Positions 32,009-41,700 of a stretch of DNA of 64,000 nucleotides are shown piece after piece (within the stretch, counting starts at the first letter, position 1; each line of letters starts with the position of its first letter). The notes under the pieces were generated by a model. That model did no database searches. It saw only the letters and a program-made list of their open reading frames with translations, and was not told the DNA's origin. Both the position numbers and the translations under genes were made by a program. The DNA is from an uncultured Candidatus Rokubacteria bacterium (GTDB taxonomy: Bacteria > Methylomirabilota > Methylomirabilia > Rokubacteriales > DASRDR01): NCBI GenBank assembly GCA_963708025.1, contig CAVPSB010000024.1, positions 34,874 to 98,873 of the forward strand, given 5' to 3'.

Positions 32009-34398
32009 CAGGAGCGACGCTCGCGAATCGCCGCCTCGTGCTCCCGGCGGAGCGCGACGTGGGCGGCCTCGAGCGTGGCCAGCGCCCGCGCGGCTTCGGC
32101 GCTCTTGGCCTCCTCCTCGCGGAGGGCGGCCCGGGCGGCCTGCAGGTCGCGGAGGGTGCGCGCGGCCAGGTCGCGCATCGCCTGGGCGCTCGCCTCGCGC
32201 TCCGCTTCGCGCTCCTTCAGGACCGCGTCGTGAGCGGCCTGCAGCGCGCCGAGCGCCCGGGTCGCCTCGGCGTGCCGCGCCTCGAGGTCGCGCAGCCGCT
32301 GGGCCGTCGCCTCGCGTTCCTGCCGGACAGTCTCCTGCGAGCCCTTGGTCACGCTCAGGACCCGCGCGTGGCGCTCCTCCAGCTCGCGCAGGGCCCGGGC
32401 CGCCGCATCCCGCTCGATCCGCAGCGCCTGGTGCTCCGTCTGCAGCGCGGCCAGCACCCGCGCCGTCTCCGCGTGGCGCGCCTCGAGCTCCCGCTGGGCC
32501 TCGCTCGCGGGCCCCCGCTCCCCTTCCTGAGCCTCCCGACTCGCCCGCAGCTCGGCGAGGGCCCGCGCCGTCTCCGCGTGGCGCACTTCCAGCTCCTTCA
32601 GCGCCCGCGCGCCGGCATCGCGCTCCGCCCGGAGCGCCTCGTGCGCCGCCTGCAGCTCCCCCAGCGCCCGGGCCGCGTCCGCGTGGCGGCCCTCCAGCTC
32701 CCCCCGCGCCCGGGCCCCGCTCTCCCGCTCCGCCCGCTGGGTCGCGTCGGCCGCCCGCAGCTCGGCGAGGGCTCGCGCCGTTTCCGCGTGGCGCGCCTCC
32801 AGCTCCTGCAGCGCCCGCGCGCCGGCATCGCGCTCCGCCCGGAGCGCCTCGTGCGCCGCCTGCAGCTCCCCCAGCGCCCGGGCCGCGTCCGCGTGGCGGC
32901 CCTCCAGCTCCCCCAGCGCCCGGGCCCCGCTCTCCCGCTCCGCCCGCTGGGTCGCGTCGGCCGCCTGCAGCTCGGCGAGGGCTCGCGCCGTTTCCGCGTG
33001 GCGCGCTTCCAGCTCCTGCAGCGCCCGCGCGCCGGCATCGCGCTCCGCCCGGAGCGCCTCGTGCGCCGCCTGCAGCTCCCCCAGCGCCCGGGCCGCGTCC
33101 GCGTGGCGGCCCTCCAGCTCCCCCCGCGCCCGGGCCCCGCTCTCCCGCTCCGCCCGCTGGGTCGCGTCGGCCGCCCGCAGCTCGGCGAGGGCTCGCGCCG
33201 TCTCCGCGTGGCGCGCCTCCAGCTCCTGCAGCGCCCGCGCGCCGGCATCGCGCTCCGCCCGGAGCGCCTCGTGCGCCGCCTGCAGCTCCCCCAGCGCCCG
33301 GGCCGCGTCCGCGTGGCGGCCCTCCAGCTCCCCCCGGGCCCGGGCCCCGGCCTCCCGCTCCGCCCGCAGCGTCGCGTCGGCCGCCTGCAGCTCGGCGAGG
33401 CCTCGCGCCGTCTCCGCGTGGCGCGCCTCCAGCTCCCGCAGCGCCCGCGCGCCGGCATCGCGCTCGCTCACGACCGTCTCGTAGTCCGCGCGCAGCCTGG
33501 CCAAGGCCGCCGCCTCCGACTCCTCGGGGCCGGGCGTGGGTCGGGCCGCCGCGGCAGGCCGGAGCGGGGGCGCTGGCGGGGCTGGCGGAGGGACCGGCGG
33601 TGGCGGCGGTGGGGTGACAGGGGCCGGGGCCGGTCCAGGCGGCGGGAGCGCGACGGGGGCTGGGGCTGGCGGCGGAGCCCCGGCCGGGGCGGGCACCGGT
33701 TGCGGGGTCGGCGCGGGCGCCAGCGGGGGGGCCGGAGCGGGCACCGGTGCCGGCGGGGCCAGCGTCCCGGCGTCGGCGTAGGCGCGCAGGAAGGCCCGCT
33801 GGAACGCCGCGTAGGTGGAGGTCACGACCTCGATCGACAGCCGGGTGGAGACCTCCAGCTCCTCGATGACCTCGACGTCCGCCGGGTCGTCCATGGCCAC
33901 CTGGAGCCCGTCGTCCGTCCGGGCGATCGGGATGACCCGGTGGTGCTGCGCGTAGCTCTTGGCGACGAGGGGGATGAGGCTGCGATCGATCGTGACGGCG
34001 TCCAGCTCGACGAAGGTGGCGCCGAACTGCTTGCAGAGGGCCTGCTTGATCTGCCGCTCGTTGACGAGGTTGAGCTTCAGGAGCGCGTCACCGAGCCGGA
34101 GGCCCGCCTTCGATTGCTCCTGGAGCGCCTGCCGGAGCTGCTCCTCGGTGATGGTCTTCGTCTCGACCAGGATGCTGCCGAGGCGGTGCTTCTTGTGGTA
34201 CTCGTCGAGGATCGCGTTGAGCTGCGCCTGGGTCAGGACCTCGCGGTTCACCAGGATCTGCTCGAAGGGGACGTAGGGCCGCGCCTCCGCCTGGGCGCGG
34301 TAGGCGTCCTGGAGCTGCTGCCTCGTGACCAGCCCCGCCTTGAGGAGGAGCTTTCCGAGCAGCGGACGGCTCTTCGCGATCGCGGTCCTGGGCGGCAT
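32008..34398 (-). CDS. MshEN/GSPII_N domain protein with Pro-rich linker and tandem coiled-coil repeats
   Basis: LLGKLLLKAGLVT, RLGSILVETKTIT, RLGDALLKLNLVN, AMDDPAD; no Walker motifs; 70-aa repeats. Confidence 0.85.
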   Translation of the reverse strand: MPPRTAIAKSRPLLGKLLLKAGLVTRQQLQDAYRAQAEARPYVPFEQILVNREVLTQAQLNAILDEYHKKHRLGSILVETKTITEEQLRQALQEQSKAGLRLGDALLKLNLVNERQIKQALCKQFGATFVELDAVTIDRSLIPLVAKSYAQHHRVIPIARTDDGLQVAMDDPADVEVIEELEVSTRLSIEVVTSTYAAFQRAFLRAYADAGTLAPPAPVPAPAPPLAPAPTPQPVPAPAGAPPPAPAPVALPPPGPAPAPVTPPPPPPVPPPAPPAPPLRPAAAARPTPGPEESEAAALARLRADYETVVSERDAGARALRELEARHAETARGLAELQAADATLRAEREAGARARGELEGRHADAARALGELQAAHEALRAERDAGARALQELEARHAETARALAELRAADATQRAERESGARARGELEGRHADAARALGELQAAHEALRAERDAGARALQELEARHAETARALAELQAADATQRAERESGARALGELEGRHADAARALGELQAAHEALRAERDAGARALQELEARHAETARALAELRAADATQRAERESGARARGELEGRHADAARALGELQAAHEALRAERDAGARALKELEVRHAETARALAELRASREAQEGERGPASEAQRELEARHAETARVLAALQTEHQALRIERDAAARALRELEERHARVLSVTKGSQETVRQEREATAQRLRDLEARHAEATRALGALQAAHDAVLKEREAEREASAQAMRDLAARTLRDLQAARAALREEEAKSAEAARALATLEAAHVALRREHEAAIRERRS
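32540..33470 (-). repeat. Intragenic 210-bp tandem repeat (about 4.5 copies, 105-bp sub-period)
   Basis: Lines 32641/33061 and 32821/33241 are identical; the protein unit begins ERDAGARAL. Confidence 0.9.
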
Positions 34399-34511
34399 CC
34401 CCGACTCCGGCTGGCCTGTCATTCTACGGGGTAACGCCGCCCACCGGAAGTTTCCCGTAACGGCCGCCCGGGCCGCTCTGTGCGCTTCCTCGCCCATGGG
34501 ACAATGGCGAC

Positions 34512-36851
34512 ATGGCGGAGCGCGGCTTCATCCTCACCCCGACCTACCGGGTGGCGCGCGGCCGGCCCGAGGTCCACCTCCACGCCGTCCTGGAGACGGG
34601 GGAGCCGGCCCTCGTCGTCGACGACCGGCTCCCGCCCTACTTCTTCGTCCGGGCGCCCGACGGCGCCCGGGTGGCGCCCCTCGCGCCGGAGGCGCGGCTG
34701 GTCCCCGGCGAGCTCAGCACCTTCGCCGGGGAGCCGGTCGTCCGCGTCGAGGTTCGGCTGCCCGGCGACGTCCCGCCCCTCCGGGCCCGGCTGGCCGAGG
34801 CCGGTGTCGAGTGCTTCGAGGCCGACCTGCGCTTCGCCTACCGGTACCTGATCGACCGGGGAATCCGTGGCGCCTTCGCCGTGGACGGCCCCTGGGAGGG
34901 ACGACCGGGCGTGGGCCGCCTCTACCGGAATCCGAGCCTGGCGCCGGCCGCGTTCACGCCGCGCCTCCGGGTGCTCTCCCTCGACGTCGAGACCAGCCTG
35001 GACGGGCGGCAGCTCTACTCGATCGCGGCGGCCGGGGCCGGCGGCGACCGCGTGTGGCTGGTCGGCCGCGGCGGCGTCGGCGCCCCGCCGCACGTCGAGA
35101 CGGCGCCCGACGAGCGGGAGTGCCTCCGGCGATTCCTGGCCCACGTGCGGGCCGTGGACCCCGACGTGCTGACCGGCTGGAACGTCTGCGATTTCGACAT
35201 GGGCGTGCTGCTGCGCGCGTGCCGCCGGCTCGGGCTCCGCTGCGCCCTCGGGCGGACCGACGACGAGGTCGAGATCCGGCGGGACCAGAGCTTCACGCGG
35301 GAGTCGCGGGCGGTGCTCGCCGGGCGGCAGGTGCTCGACGGGCTGGCGCTCCTCCGGAGCGGGTTCGTGCGGCTCGACGACTACCGGCTGGAGACGGCGG
35401 CCCGGGCGATCCTCGGCACCGGGAAGCTCTTCGGCCCCGAGCACCGCGGGGCGGACATCGAGCGCGCCTACCGGGAGGACCCGGCGAGCCTGGCCGCCTA
35501 CAACCTGCACGACGCCCGGCTGGTCCTCGAGATCCTGGAGCGCACCGGGCTCGTCGAGCTGACCGTCCGGCGGAGCCTCCTGACCGGCATGCAGCTCGAC
35601 CGGGTCGGCGCCCAGATCGCCGCCGTCGACTCCCTGTATCTCGGCGCGCTCCGGGCCCGCGGCCGGGTCGCGCCGTCGGTGGGCGCCGTCAGCGATCCGG
35701 CCGGGCCCGGGATCGTGGGCGGCCTCGTCCTCGACTCGGTGCCCGGAATCTACCGGAACATCCTGGTCTTCGACTTCAAGAGCCTCTACCCGAGCATCAT
35801 CCGGACGTTCAACATCGATCCCCTGACGTACCTGCCTCCCGCGCGGGTCGCCGAGATGCCGGCCGACGGGACGATCCGGACGCCGGGCGGTGCCACGTTC
35901 CGCCGGGACATGCCCGGCATCCTGCCCGAGCTGGTCGCGCGGCTGGCCGCCGAGCGGGCCGCCGCCCGGGCGGCCGGCGACCACGTCGGGGCCCAGGCGA
36001 CCAAGATCCTGATGAACTCGCTCTTCGGCGTCCTGGGCGCCTCGTCCTGCCGGCTGTTCTCCCCCGCGGTCGCCAACGCCATCACGACCGCGGGCCAGCA
36101 CGTGATCCGGCTGGCGGCCGCCGCTGTCGAGCGGCGCGGTCACCGGGTCATCTACGGGGACACCGACTCGCTCTTCGTGGACGTCGGCGAACCCGACACC
36201 GAGCGGGCCGCGACGCGGGGCGAGGCACTGCGCGACGCCATCGGCCAAGACGTCGCCGACGCCCTGACCGGCGAGTTCGGCGTCCGCAGCCACCTGGAGC
36301 TCGAGTTCGAGAAGGTGTACGCGCGATTCTTCATGCCCGAGGTCCGGGGCGGCGAGACGGGCAGCAAGAAGCGCTACGCAGGGCTCGTGGACGGCCGGCT
36401 GGAGCTGGTCGGGCTGGAGGCGGTGCGACGGGACTGGAGCCAGGTCGCCCGGCGGTTCCAGAAGGAGCTGCTCGCCCTGGTCTTCCACGATCGACCCGTG
36501 GACGACTTCGTCCGGAGCTTCGTCGCCGACCTCCGGGCCGGCCGCTACGACGACGAGCTGGCCTACCGCAAGGCCATCCGGAAGCCGCTGACCGCCTACA
36601 CCAAGACGACGCCCCCCCACGTCAAGGCGGCCCGCAAGCAGGGCGGGCCGAGCGGCCGCATCGTGACCTACCTGATGACCCAGGCCGGACCCGAGTCGGT
36701 CGGCGAGACCACCGCGCCGCCCGACCACGAGCACTACGTGACCCAGCAGCTCCGCCCCATCGCCGACGCCGTCCTCCGGATGCTGGCCGGTCCCGACTTC
36801 GACGCGATCACCGGCGCCCCCCGCCAGCTCTCCCTCTTCGAGGCGCCGTAG
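34512..36851 (+). CDS. polB: DNA polymerase II (family B)
   Basis: Exonuclease SLDVET, DFKSLYPS, KILMNSLFG, YGDTDS, KKRYAG. Confidence 0.95.
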   Translation: MAERGFILTPTYRVARGRPEVHLHAVLETGEPALVVDDRLPPYFFVRAPDGARVAPLAPEARLVPGELSTFAGEPVVRVEVRLPGDVPPLRARLAEAGVECFEADLRFAYRYLIDRGIRGAFAVDGPWEGRPGVGRLYRNPSLAPAAFTPRLRVLSLDVETSLDGRQLYSIAAAGAGGDRVWLVGRGGVGAPPHVETAPDERECLRRFLAHVRAVDPDVLTGWNVCDFDMGVLLRACRRLGLRCALGRTDDEVEIRRDQSFTRESRAVLAGRQVLDGLALLRSGFVRLDDYRLETAARAILGTGKLFGPEHRGADIERAYREDPASLAAYNLHDARLVLEILERTGLVELTVRRSLLTGMQLDRVGAQIAAVDSLYLGALRARGRVAPSVGAVSDPAGPGIVGGLVLDSVPGIYRNILVFDFKSLYPSIIRTFNIDPLTYLPPARVAEMPADGTIRTPGGATFRRDMPGILPELVARLAAERAAARAAGDHVGAQATKILMNSLFGVLGASSCRLFSPAVANAITTAGQHVIRLAAAAVERRGHRVIYGDTDSLFVDVGEPDTERAATRGEALRDAIGQDVADALTGEFGVRSHLELEFEKVYARFFMPEVRGGETGSKKRYAGLVDGRLELVGLEAVRRDWSQVARRFQKELLALVFHDRPVDDFVRSFVADLRAGRYDDELAYRKAIRKPLTAYTKTTPPHVKAARKQGGPSGRIVTYLMTQAGPESVGETTAPPDHEHYVTQQLRPIADAVLRMLAGPDFDAITGAPRQLSLFEAP

Positions 36852-36982
36852 CCCCGCCCGCCCGGTCGCATCCCCGTGCGCCGGCCCTCGCGCACCGGCC
36901 CCCTTGCGGCCGCCGCGGGCCCTCGTCTATCATCACGACACCCACGTTCTCCTCGGAACCACCCGTGAAGGAGGGCCCCAGC

Positions 36983-38587
36983 ATGCGTCCTTTCGCCAGG
37001 CAGTGGCGTCGAGTGCTCGCGGTCGTCGCGGTCCTGACCCTGGCCGGCGCCACCGCCGCCCAGGCCCAGTCGGTGCTCCGGATCGTGCCGCAGGCCGACC
37101 TGAGGATCCTGGACACGGTCTGGACCACCAACAACATCACCAGCAACCACGGCTACATGGTCTACGACGTGCTCTTCGCCCCGAACGCGAAGCTCGAGTA
37201 CAAGCCCCAGATGGTCAACACGTACTCGAAGAGCGCGGACGGGCTCGTCTGGAAGTTCAAGCTGCGGGACGGCCTCAAGTTCAGCGACGGGAGCCCGGTC
37301 GAGGGCAAGGACGTGGTGGCGTCGCTCAAGCGCTGGTGCGACCGCAACCCCGTCGGCAAGACGCTGGTGGCCTTCGTGAAGGACATGCCCGTGACGGGGC
37401 CGAGCACCTTCGAGCTGCACCTGACCAAGCCCTTCGGCCTGGTGATCGAGATGCTGGGGACGCCGGAAAACCCGCTCTTCATCCACCGGGAGGCGGAGGC
37501 GAAGACGCCCTCCGACCAGCAGATTACCGAGCCGATCGGCTCCGGCCCCTTCGTGATGGTCAAGGAGGAGTGGGTCCCGGGCAGCAAGGTGGTGTACAAG
37601 AAGAACCCACTCTACAAGCCGCGGAGCGACGCGCCCGACGGCTTCGCGGGGGCCAAGCTGGCCAAGGTCAACCGGGTCGAGTGGATCGTCATCCCCGACG
37701 CCAACACGGCCACCCAGGCGCTGATCAAGGGCGAGGTGGACGCCATCGAGATCCCGACCACCGACCACCTGCCCCTCATGAAGAAGGCCGGCAACATCAC
37801 CATCCAGGTGATCGACCGGGTCGGGACCCAGGCGGTCATGCGGCCGAACCACCTCAACCCGCCCTTCAACAGCGTCAAGAACCGGCAGGCCCTCCTCTAC
37901 GCGGTGGGGGACCAGAAGGACTACCTGGCCGCGATCGTCGGCAACCCCGAGTACGAGAAGCCGTGCTGGGCGGTCCTGATCTGCGGCACGCCGTACGGCA
38001 CCACCGCCGGGGTCGGCCCCTGGGCCACGAACACCAAGGAGCAGAACATCGCCCGGGCCAAGGAGCTCCTGAAGGAGGGCGGCTACAAGGGCGAGCGGGT
38101 CGTCCTCCTCGATCCCGCCGACACCAACATCGCCCACGCCCAGGCGGTGGTGACGGCGCAGAAGCTCCGCGAGATCGGGATGAACGTGGACCTCCAGACG
38201 ATCGACTGGGGCACCCAGAGCGCGCGGCGGGCGCTGAAGGACCCGGTGGACAAGAACCCCCGGGGCTGGAACCTCTTCCACACCTGGGGCGGGGGCCTGG
38301 CCCTCGGCAACCCGCTGACGAACCCGCCGTTCACGACGCCGTGCGACGGCAAGAACTGGTTCGGCTGGCCGTGCGACGAGGAGCTGGAGAAGATGCGCCT
38401 GGAGTTCCCGCTGGTCCAGGGCGCGGCCGCCCAGAAGGCCCTGGTCGAGCGGATGCACAAGCGGTTCTTCGAGGTGGTGCCCTACGTCCCGGTCGGCCAG
38501 TTCTATGCGCCGATCGCCTACCGGAACAACCTGAGCGGCATCCTGGACACCGTGCGGCTCGTGCTCTGGAACATCGAGAAGAAGTAG
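36983..38587 (+). CDS. Peptide/nickel ABC substrate-binding protein (family 5)
   Basis: Signal peptide, FKLRDGLKFSDG, IGSGPF. Confidence 0.9.
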   Translation: MRPFARQWRRVLAVVAVLTLAGATAAQAQSVLRIVPQADLRILDTVWTTNNITSNHGYMVYDVLFAPNAKLEYKPQMVNTYSKSADGLVWKFKLRDGLKFSDGSPVEGKDVVASLKRWCDRNPVGKTLVAFVKDMPVTGPSTFELHLTKPFGLVIEMLGTPENPLFIHREAEAKTPSDQQITEPIGSGPFVMVKEEWVPGSKVVYKKNPLYKPRSDAPDGFAGAKLAKVNRVEWIVIPDANTATQALIKGEVDAIEIPTTDHLPLMKKAGNITIQVIDRVGTQAVMRPNHLNPPFNSVKNRQALLYAVGDQKDYLAAIVGNPEYEKPCWAVLICGTPYGTTAGVGPWATNTKEQNIARAKELLKEGGYKGERVVLLDPADTNIAHAQAVVTAQKLREIGMNVDLQTIDWGTQSARRALKDPVDKNPRGWNLFHTWGGGLALGNPLTNPPFTTPCDGKNWFGWPCDEELEKMRLEFPLVQGAAAQKALVERMHKRFFEVVPYVPVGQFYAPIAYRNNLSGILDTVRLVLWNIEKK

Positions 38588-38602
38588 CCGTCGGGATCTC
38601 TC

Positions 38603-38637
38603 GGACCGGCCCGGGCGATCAGCACCCGGGCCGGTCC
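38603..38637 (+). terminator. Intercistronic hairpin (mRNA stabiliser or attenuator)
   Basis: GGACCGGCCCGGG...CCCGGGCCGGTCC between the SBP and permease genes. Confidence 0.5.
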
Positions 38638-38648
38638 CGCCCTCCCGC

Positions 38649-39590
38649 GTGAGCGCCTACCTCGTCCGCCGGCTCCTGGCGACGATCCCCGTCATGGCGG
38701 TCGTCGCCGTCTTCGTGTTCGGGCTCCTCCACCTCACGCCGGGCGACCCGGCCGCCATCATCGCCGGCGACTACGCGACCGCCGAGGACATCGCGCGGAT
38801 CCACAAGCAGCTCGGCCTCGACCAGCCGCTCCACGTCCAGTTCGTCGCCTGGATCGGGCGCGTGCTCACGGGCGACCTGGGGACCTCCATCTTCTCCCGG
38901 CTGCCGGTGGCCCGGCTCATCCGCCAGCGGATCGAGCCGACGATCGTGCTCTCGATCACGACCCTGATCATCGCGGTCGCGCTGGCGGTCCCCCTCGGCG
39001 TCCTGGCCGCCTGGCGGGCCGGCACCTGGCTCGACCGCGGCGTCATGGGTTTCGCCGTCTTCGGCTTCTCCGTTCCGGTCTTCGTCCTGGGGTACCTCCT
39101 CATCTATCTCTTCGCGATCCGGCTCGACTGGCTGCCGGTCCAGGGCTACGTGAGCCTGGACCGCGGGCTCTGGCCGTGCCTCCGCAGCATCCTCCTCCCG
39201 AGCTTCGCCCTCGGCATCATCTACATGGCACTGATCGCACGCATCACCCGGGCCAGCGTGCTCGAGGTCCTGACCCAGGACTACATCCGCACCGCCGAGG
39301 CCAAGGGGCTGCCGCCGCTGGCCGTGCTCGTCTCGCACGCGCTCAAGAACGCCTCGGTGCCCATCGTCACCATCATCGGGGTGGGGCTGACCCTGGTGAT
39401 CGGGGGCGTGGTGGTCACCGAGAGCGTCTTCGCCATCCCGGGCGTGGGGCGACTCACGGTGGACGCCATCCTCCGGCGGGACTACCCGATCATCCAAGGG
39501 GTCATCCTGGTCTTCTCGGGCGTGTACGTGCTCGTCAACCTGCTCATCGACGTGAGCTACACCTTTCTCGACCCGCGCATCCGCTACTGA
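38649..39590 (+). CDS. Peptide ABC permease (DppB-like)
   Basis: PGDPA, DYIRTAEAKG, LDPRIRY. Confidence 0.95.
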   Translation: MSAYLVRRLLATIPVMAVVAVFVFGLLHLTPGDPAAIIAGDYATAEDIARIHKQLGLDQPLHVQFVAWIGRVLTGDLGTSIFSRLPVARLIRQRIEPTIVLSITTLIIAVALAVPLGVLAAWRAGTWLDRGVMGFAVFGFSVPVFVLGYLLIYLFAIRLDWLPVQGYVSLDRGLWPCLRSILLPSFALGIIYMALIARITRASVLEVLTQDYIRTAEAKGLPPLAVLVSHALKNASVPIVTIIGVGLTLVIGGVVVTESVFAIPGVGRLTVDAILRRDYPIIQGVILVFSGVYVLVNLLIDVSYTFLDPRIRY

Positions 39591-39619
39591 GGCGCTGTGA
39601 AGCCATCGCCGCGGACTCG

Positions 39620-39743
39620 TGAGCACGGAAAGCCCCGGAGGGGGGGCCGGGGCGCCCGGAGGGACGCGGCGCACCGAGGGCCGCAGGCCCGAGGCGCCGC
39701 GGCGATCTGATGGAGCGCGCAGCTCCCCCCCGGCCCGACTGAT
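39620..39743 (+). repeat. Repeat family A, long form
   Basis: GGAGGGGGGGCCGG...GAGGGCCGCAGGCCCGAGGCG...AGCTCCCCCCCGGCCCGACTGATG, overlapping the permease ATG. Confidence 0.85.
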
Positions 39744-40629
39744 GGCCGCGGTCACGGCCTCCGAGATCGACCTGCCCGCGGCCCGCCGGACGGCGGCCGC
39801 GCGGCCGCTCGGCTTCCTGCGCGGGCACCCGACGGTCGTGCTCGGCCTGGCCCTGCTAGGCGGGGTGGCGCTGGTGGCGATCCTGGCCCCCTGGCTCCAC
39901 ACGGTCGACCCGGTCACCTTCAGCCCGGTGTCGCGGCTCAAGCCGCCGTCGGAGCGATTCTGGTTCGGCAGCGATAGCTTCGGGCGGGACGTCTACAGCC
40001 GGACCCTCTACGGCGGCCGCATCTCGCTGCTCGTCGGCTTCGGCGTGGCCCTCCTGAGCACGACCATCGGGCTCTGCATCGGGCTGGTGGCCGGCTACCT
40101 CCGCACGGCCGACGCGATCCTCATGCGGGTCATGGACGGGCTCATGGCCATCCCGGGGATCCTGCTCGCCATTGCCCTGATCGCGCTCACCCGGGCCAGC
40201 GTCCAGACCGTGCTCATCGCGATCACGATCCCCGAGATCCCCCGGGTGGTGCGCCTGGTCCGGGGCGTCGTGCTGACCCTCCGCGAGCAGCCCTTCATCG
40301 AGGCGGCCATCGCGATCGGGACCCCCCTGCCCACGATCCTGGCGCGCCACCTGCTCCCCAACACCCTGGCGCCGCTCGTGGTCCAGGCGACCTACATCTG
40401 CGCGGCGGCGGTGCTGGTCGAGGCGGCCCTCGGCTTCCTCGGGGCCGGCACGCCGCCGGAGATCCCGAGCTGGGGGAACATCATGGCGGAGGGCCGCAAC
40501 AGCTTCCAGGTCGGGCCGTGGACGATCCTCTTCCCGGGCGCCTTCCTGGCGGTCACCGTCCTGGCGATCAACCTGGTGGGCGACGGGCTCCGTGATCTTC
40601 TCGATCCGCGGATCGCCCGGCGGCTCTGA
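39742..40629 (+). CDS. Peptide ABC permease (DppC-like)
   Basis: FGSDSFGRD, FIEAAIAIG, GDGLRDLLDP. Confidence 0.95.
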   Translation: MAAVTASEIDLPAARRTAAARPLGFLRGHPTVVLGLALLGGVALVAILAPWLHTVDPVTFSPVSRLKPPSERFWFGSDSFGRDVYSRTLYGGRISLLVGFGVALLSTTIGLCIGLVAGYLRTADAILMRVMDGLMAIPGILLAIALIALTRASVQTVLIAITIPEIPRVVRLVRGVVLTLREQPFIEAAIAIGTPLPTILARHLLPNTLAPLVVQATYICAAAVLVEAALGFLGAGTPPEIPSWGNIMAEGRNSFQVGPWTILFPGAFLAVTVLAINLVGDGLRDLLDPRIARRL

Positions 40630-40647
40630 GCCGAAAGGACGTGCCAC

Positions 40648-40884
40648 ATGATCGACCTGTACAACGCAGAGACCAATCAGTTGATCGGCAGCATCACCGA
40701 GGCCGATCTACAGGTCCTCGTCAACGGAATGGAAGAGGAGTCGTCGCACGATCAGGATTACTACGTCAACGCGGCCACGATCGACTTGCTGGGCGACGGT
40801 CGAGCGACCGAGCATTTGCTGGGGCTCCTGCGTACTGCCCTGGGGTCGAGCGACGGTGTGGAGATCCGGTGGCAACGTCGATAA
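40648..40884 (+). CDS. Small acidic hypothetical protein
   Basis: 78-aa ORF with RBS, LIGSITEADLQVL..EEESSHDQDYY; lower-GC codons. Confidence 0.75.
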   Translation: MIDLYNAETNQLIGSITEADLQVLVNGMEEESSHDQDYYVNAATIDLLGDGRATEHLLGLLRTALGSSDGVEIRWQRR

Positions 40885-40935
40885 GCGGCCGCGCGCTGCC
40901 TGACGCCCACCGGGCACGATGAGAGGACGACTGCG

Positions 40936-41652
40936 ATGACCGCAACCCCCGAGGAGAGGCTCCCCTTCGGCTCGGACGACCTGCGGCTCCCGGCGGCCCT
41001 GCGCGAGCCGTTACGCGCGCACCTGGCCGACCTCCGCGAGCGCTACCGGAAGAAGGGCTGGGGCGGGCCGGTCGGCTTCGGCCGGCGCCCGGCCCTGATC
41101 GTGATCGACCTGGCCCTGGCGTGGACCGATCCTGACGAGCCCGGCATCGGGAGCGACGTCAACGCGGTGGTGGCGGCGACCTGCCGGCTCCTGGAGGCGG
41201 CCCGGGCGGCGGGCATCCCCGTCGTGTTCACGACCTGGGCGTACGATCCCGCCGAGCCGCCGTCGCCCCACGACGCCAAGAGCGCGCTCAAGATCGGCCC
41301 CGGCTTCGCCCGGCGCCTCGAGCTGGATCCCCGCCTGGACCGCCGGCCCACCGAGAAGCTGCTGCCGAAGCGCTACGCCTCGGCCTTCAAGGGCACGCAC
41401 CTCCACGAGATGCTGACCGCGCTCGGCGTGGACACGCTCATCGTGACCGGGGTGAGCACCAGCCACTGCGTGTACGCCACCTGCCGCGACGCCACCGACA
41501 GCTTCCGGGTCATCGTGCCCCGGGAGGCGATCGGCGAGCGCTGCGAGATCATGCACGAGGTGAACCTGCTCGACATCGAGCTGGACCTCGGGGACGTGGT
41601 GCCGACTGACGAGGTGGTCGACTACCTGCGGAAGCTGCCCGGGCGGCGGTGA
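40936..41652 (+). CDS. Isochorismatase-family cysteine hydrolase
   Basis: ALIVID, KRYASAF, GVSTSHCV. Confidence 0.9.
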   Translation: MTATPEERLPFGSDDLRLPAALREPLRAHLADLRERYRKKGWGGPVGFGRRPALIVIDLALAWTDPDEPGIGSDVNAVVAATCRLLEAARAAGIPVVFTTWAYDPAEPPSPHDAKSALKIGPGFARRLELDPRLDRRPTEKLLPKRYASAFKGTHLHEMLTALGVDTLIVTGVSTSHCVYATCRDATDSFRVIVPREAIGERCEIMHEVNLLDIELDLGDVVPTDEVVDYLRKLPGRR

Positions 41653-41700
41653 CGCGCGGCCGGGGCGGGCCGCCGGGCGACCCGTCCCGCGGTGCGCGGC

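Noticed and set aside
34512-36851. Family B polymerase as a marker of a phage, casposon or pipolin
   Set aside because: It has a typical bacterial Pol II layout in a housekeeping context, with no mobile-element genes or terminal repeats nearby.
30697-38587. Very long Arg/Pro/Gly-rich ORFs (30697-34434 +, the N-terminal part of 34325-38587 +, and similar antisense ORFs)
   Set aside because: These are shadow frames caused by scarce stop codons at high GC; they overlap well-supported genes.
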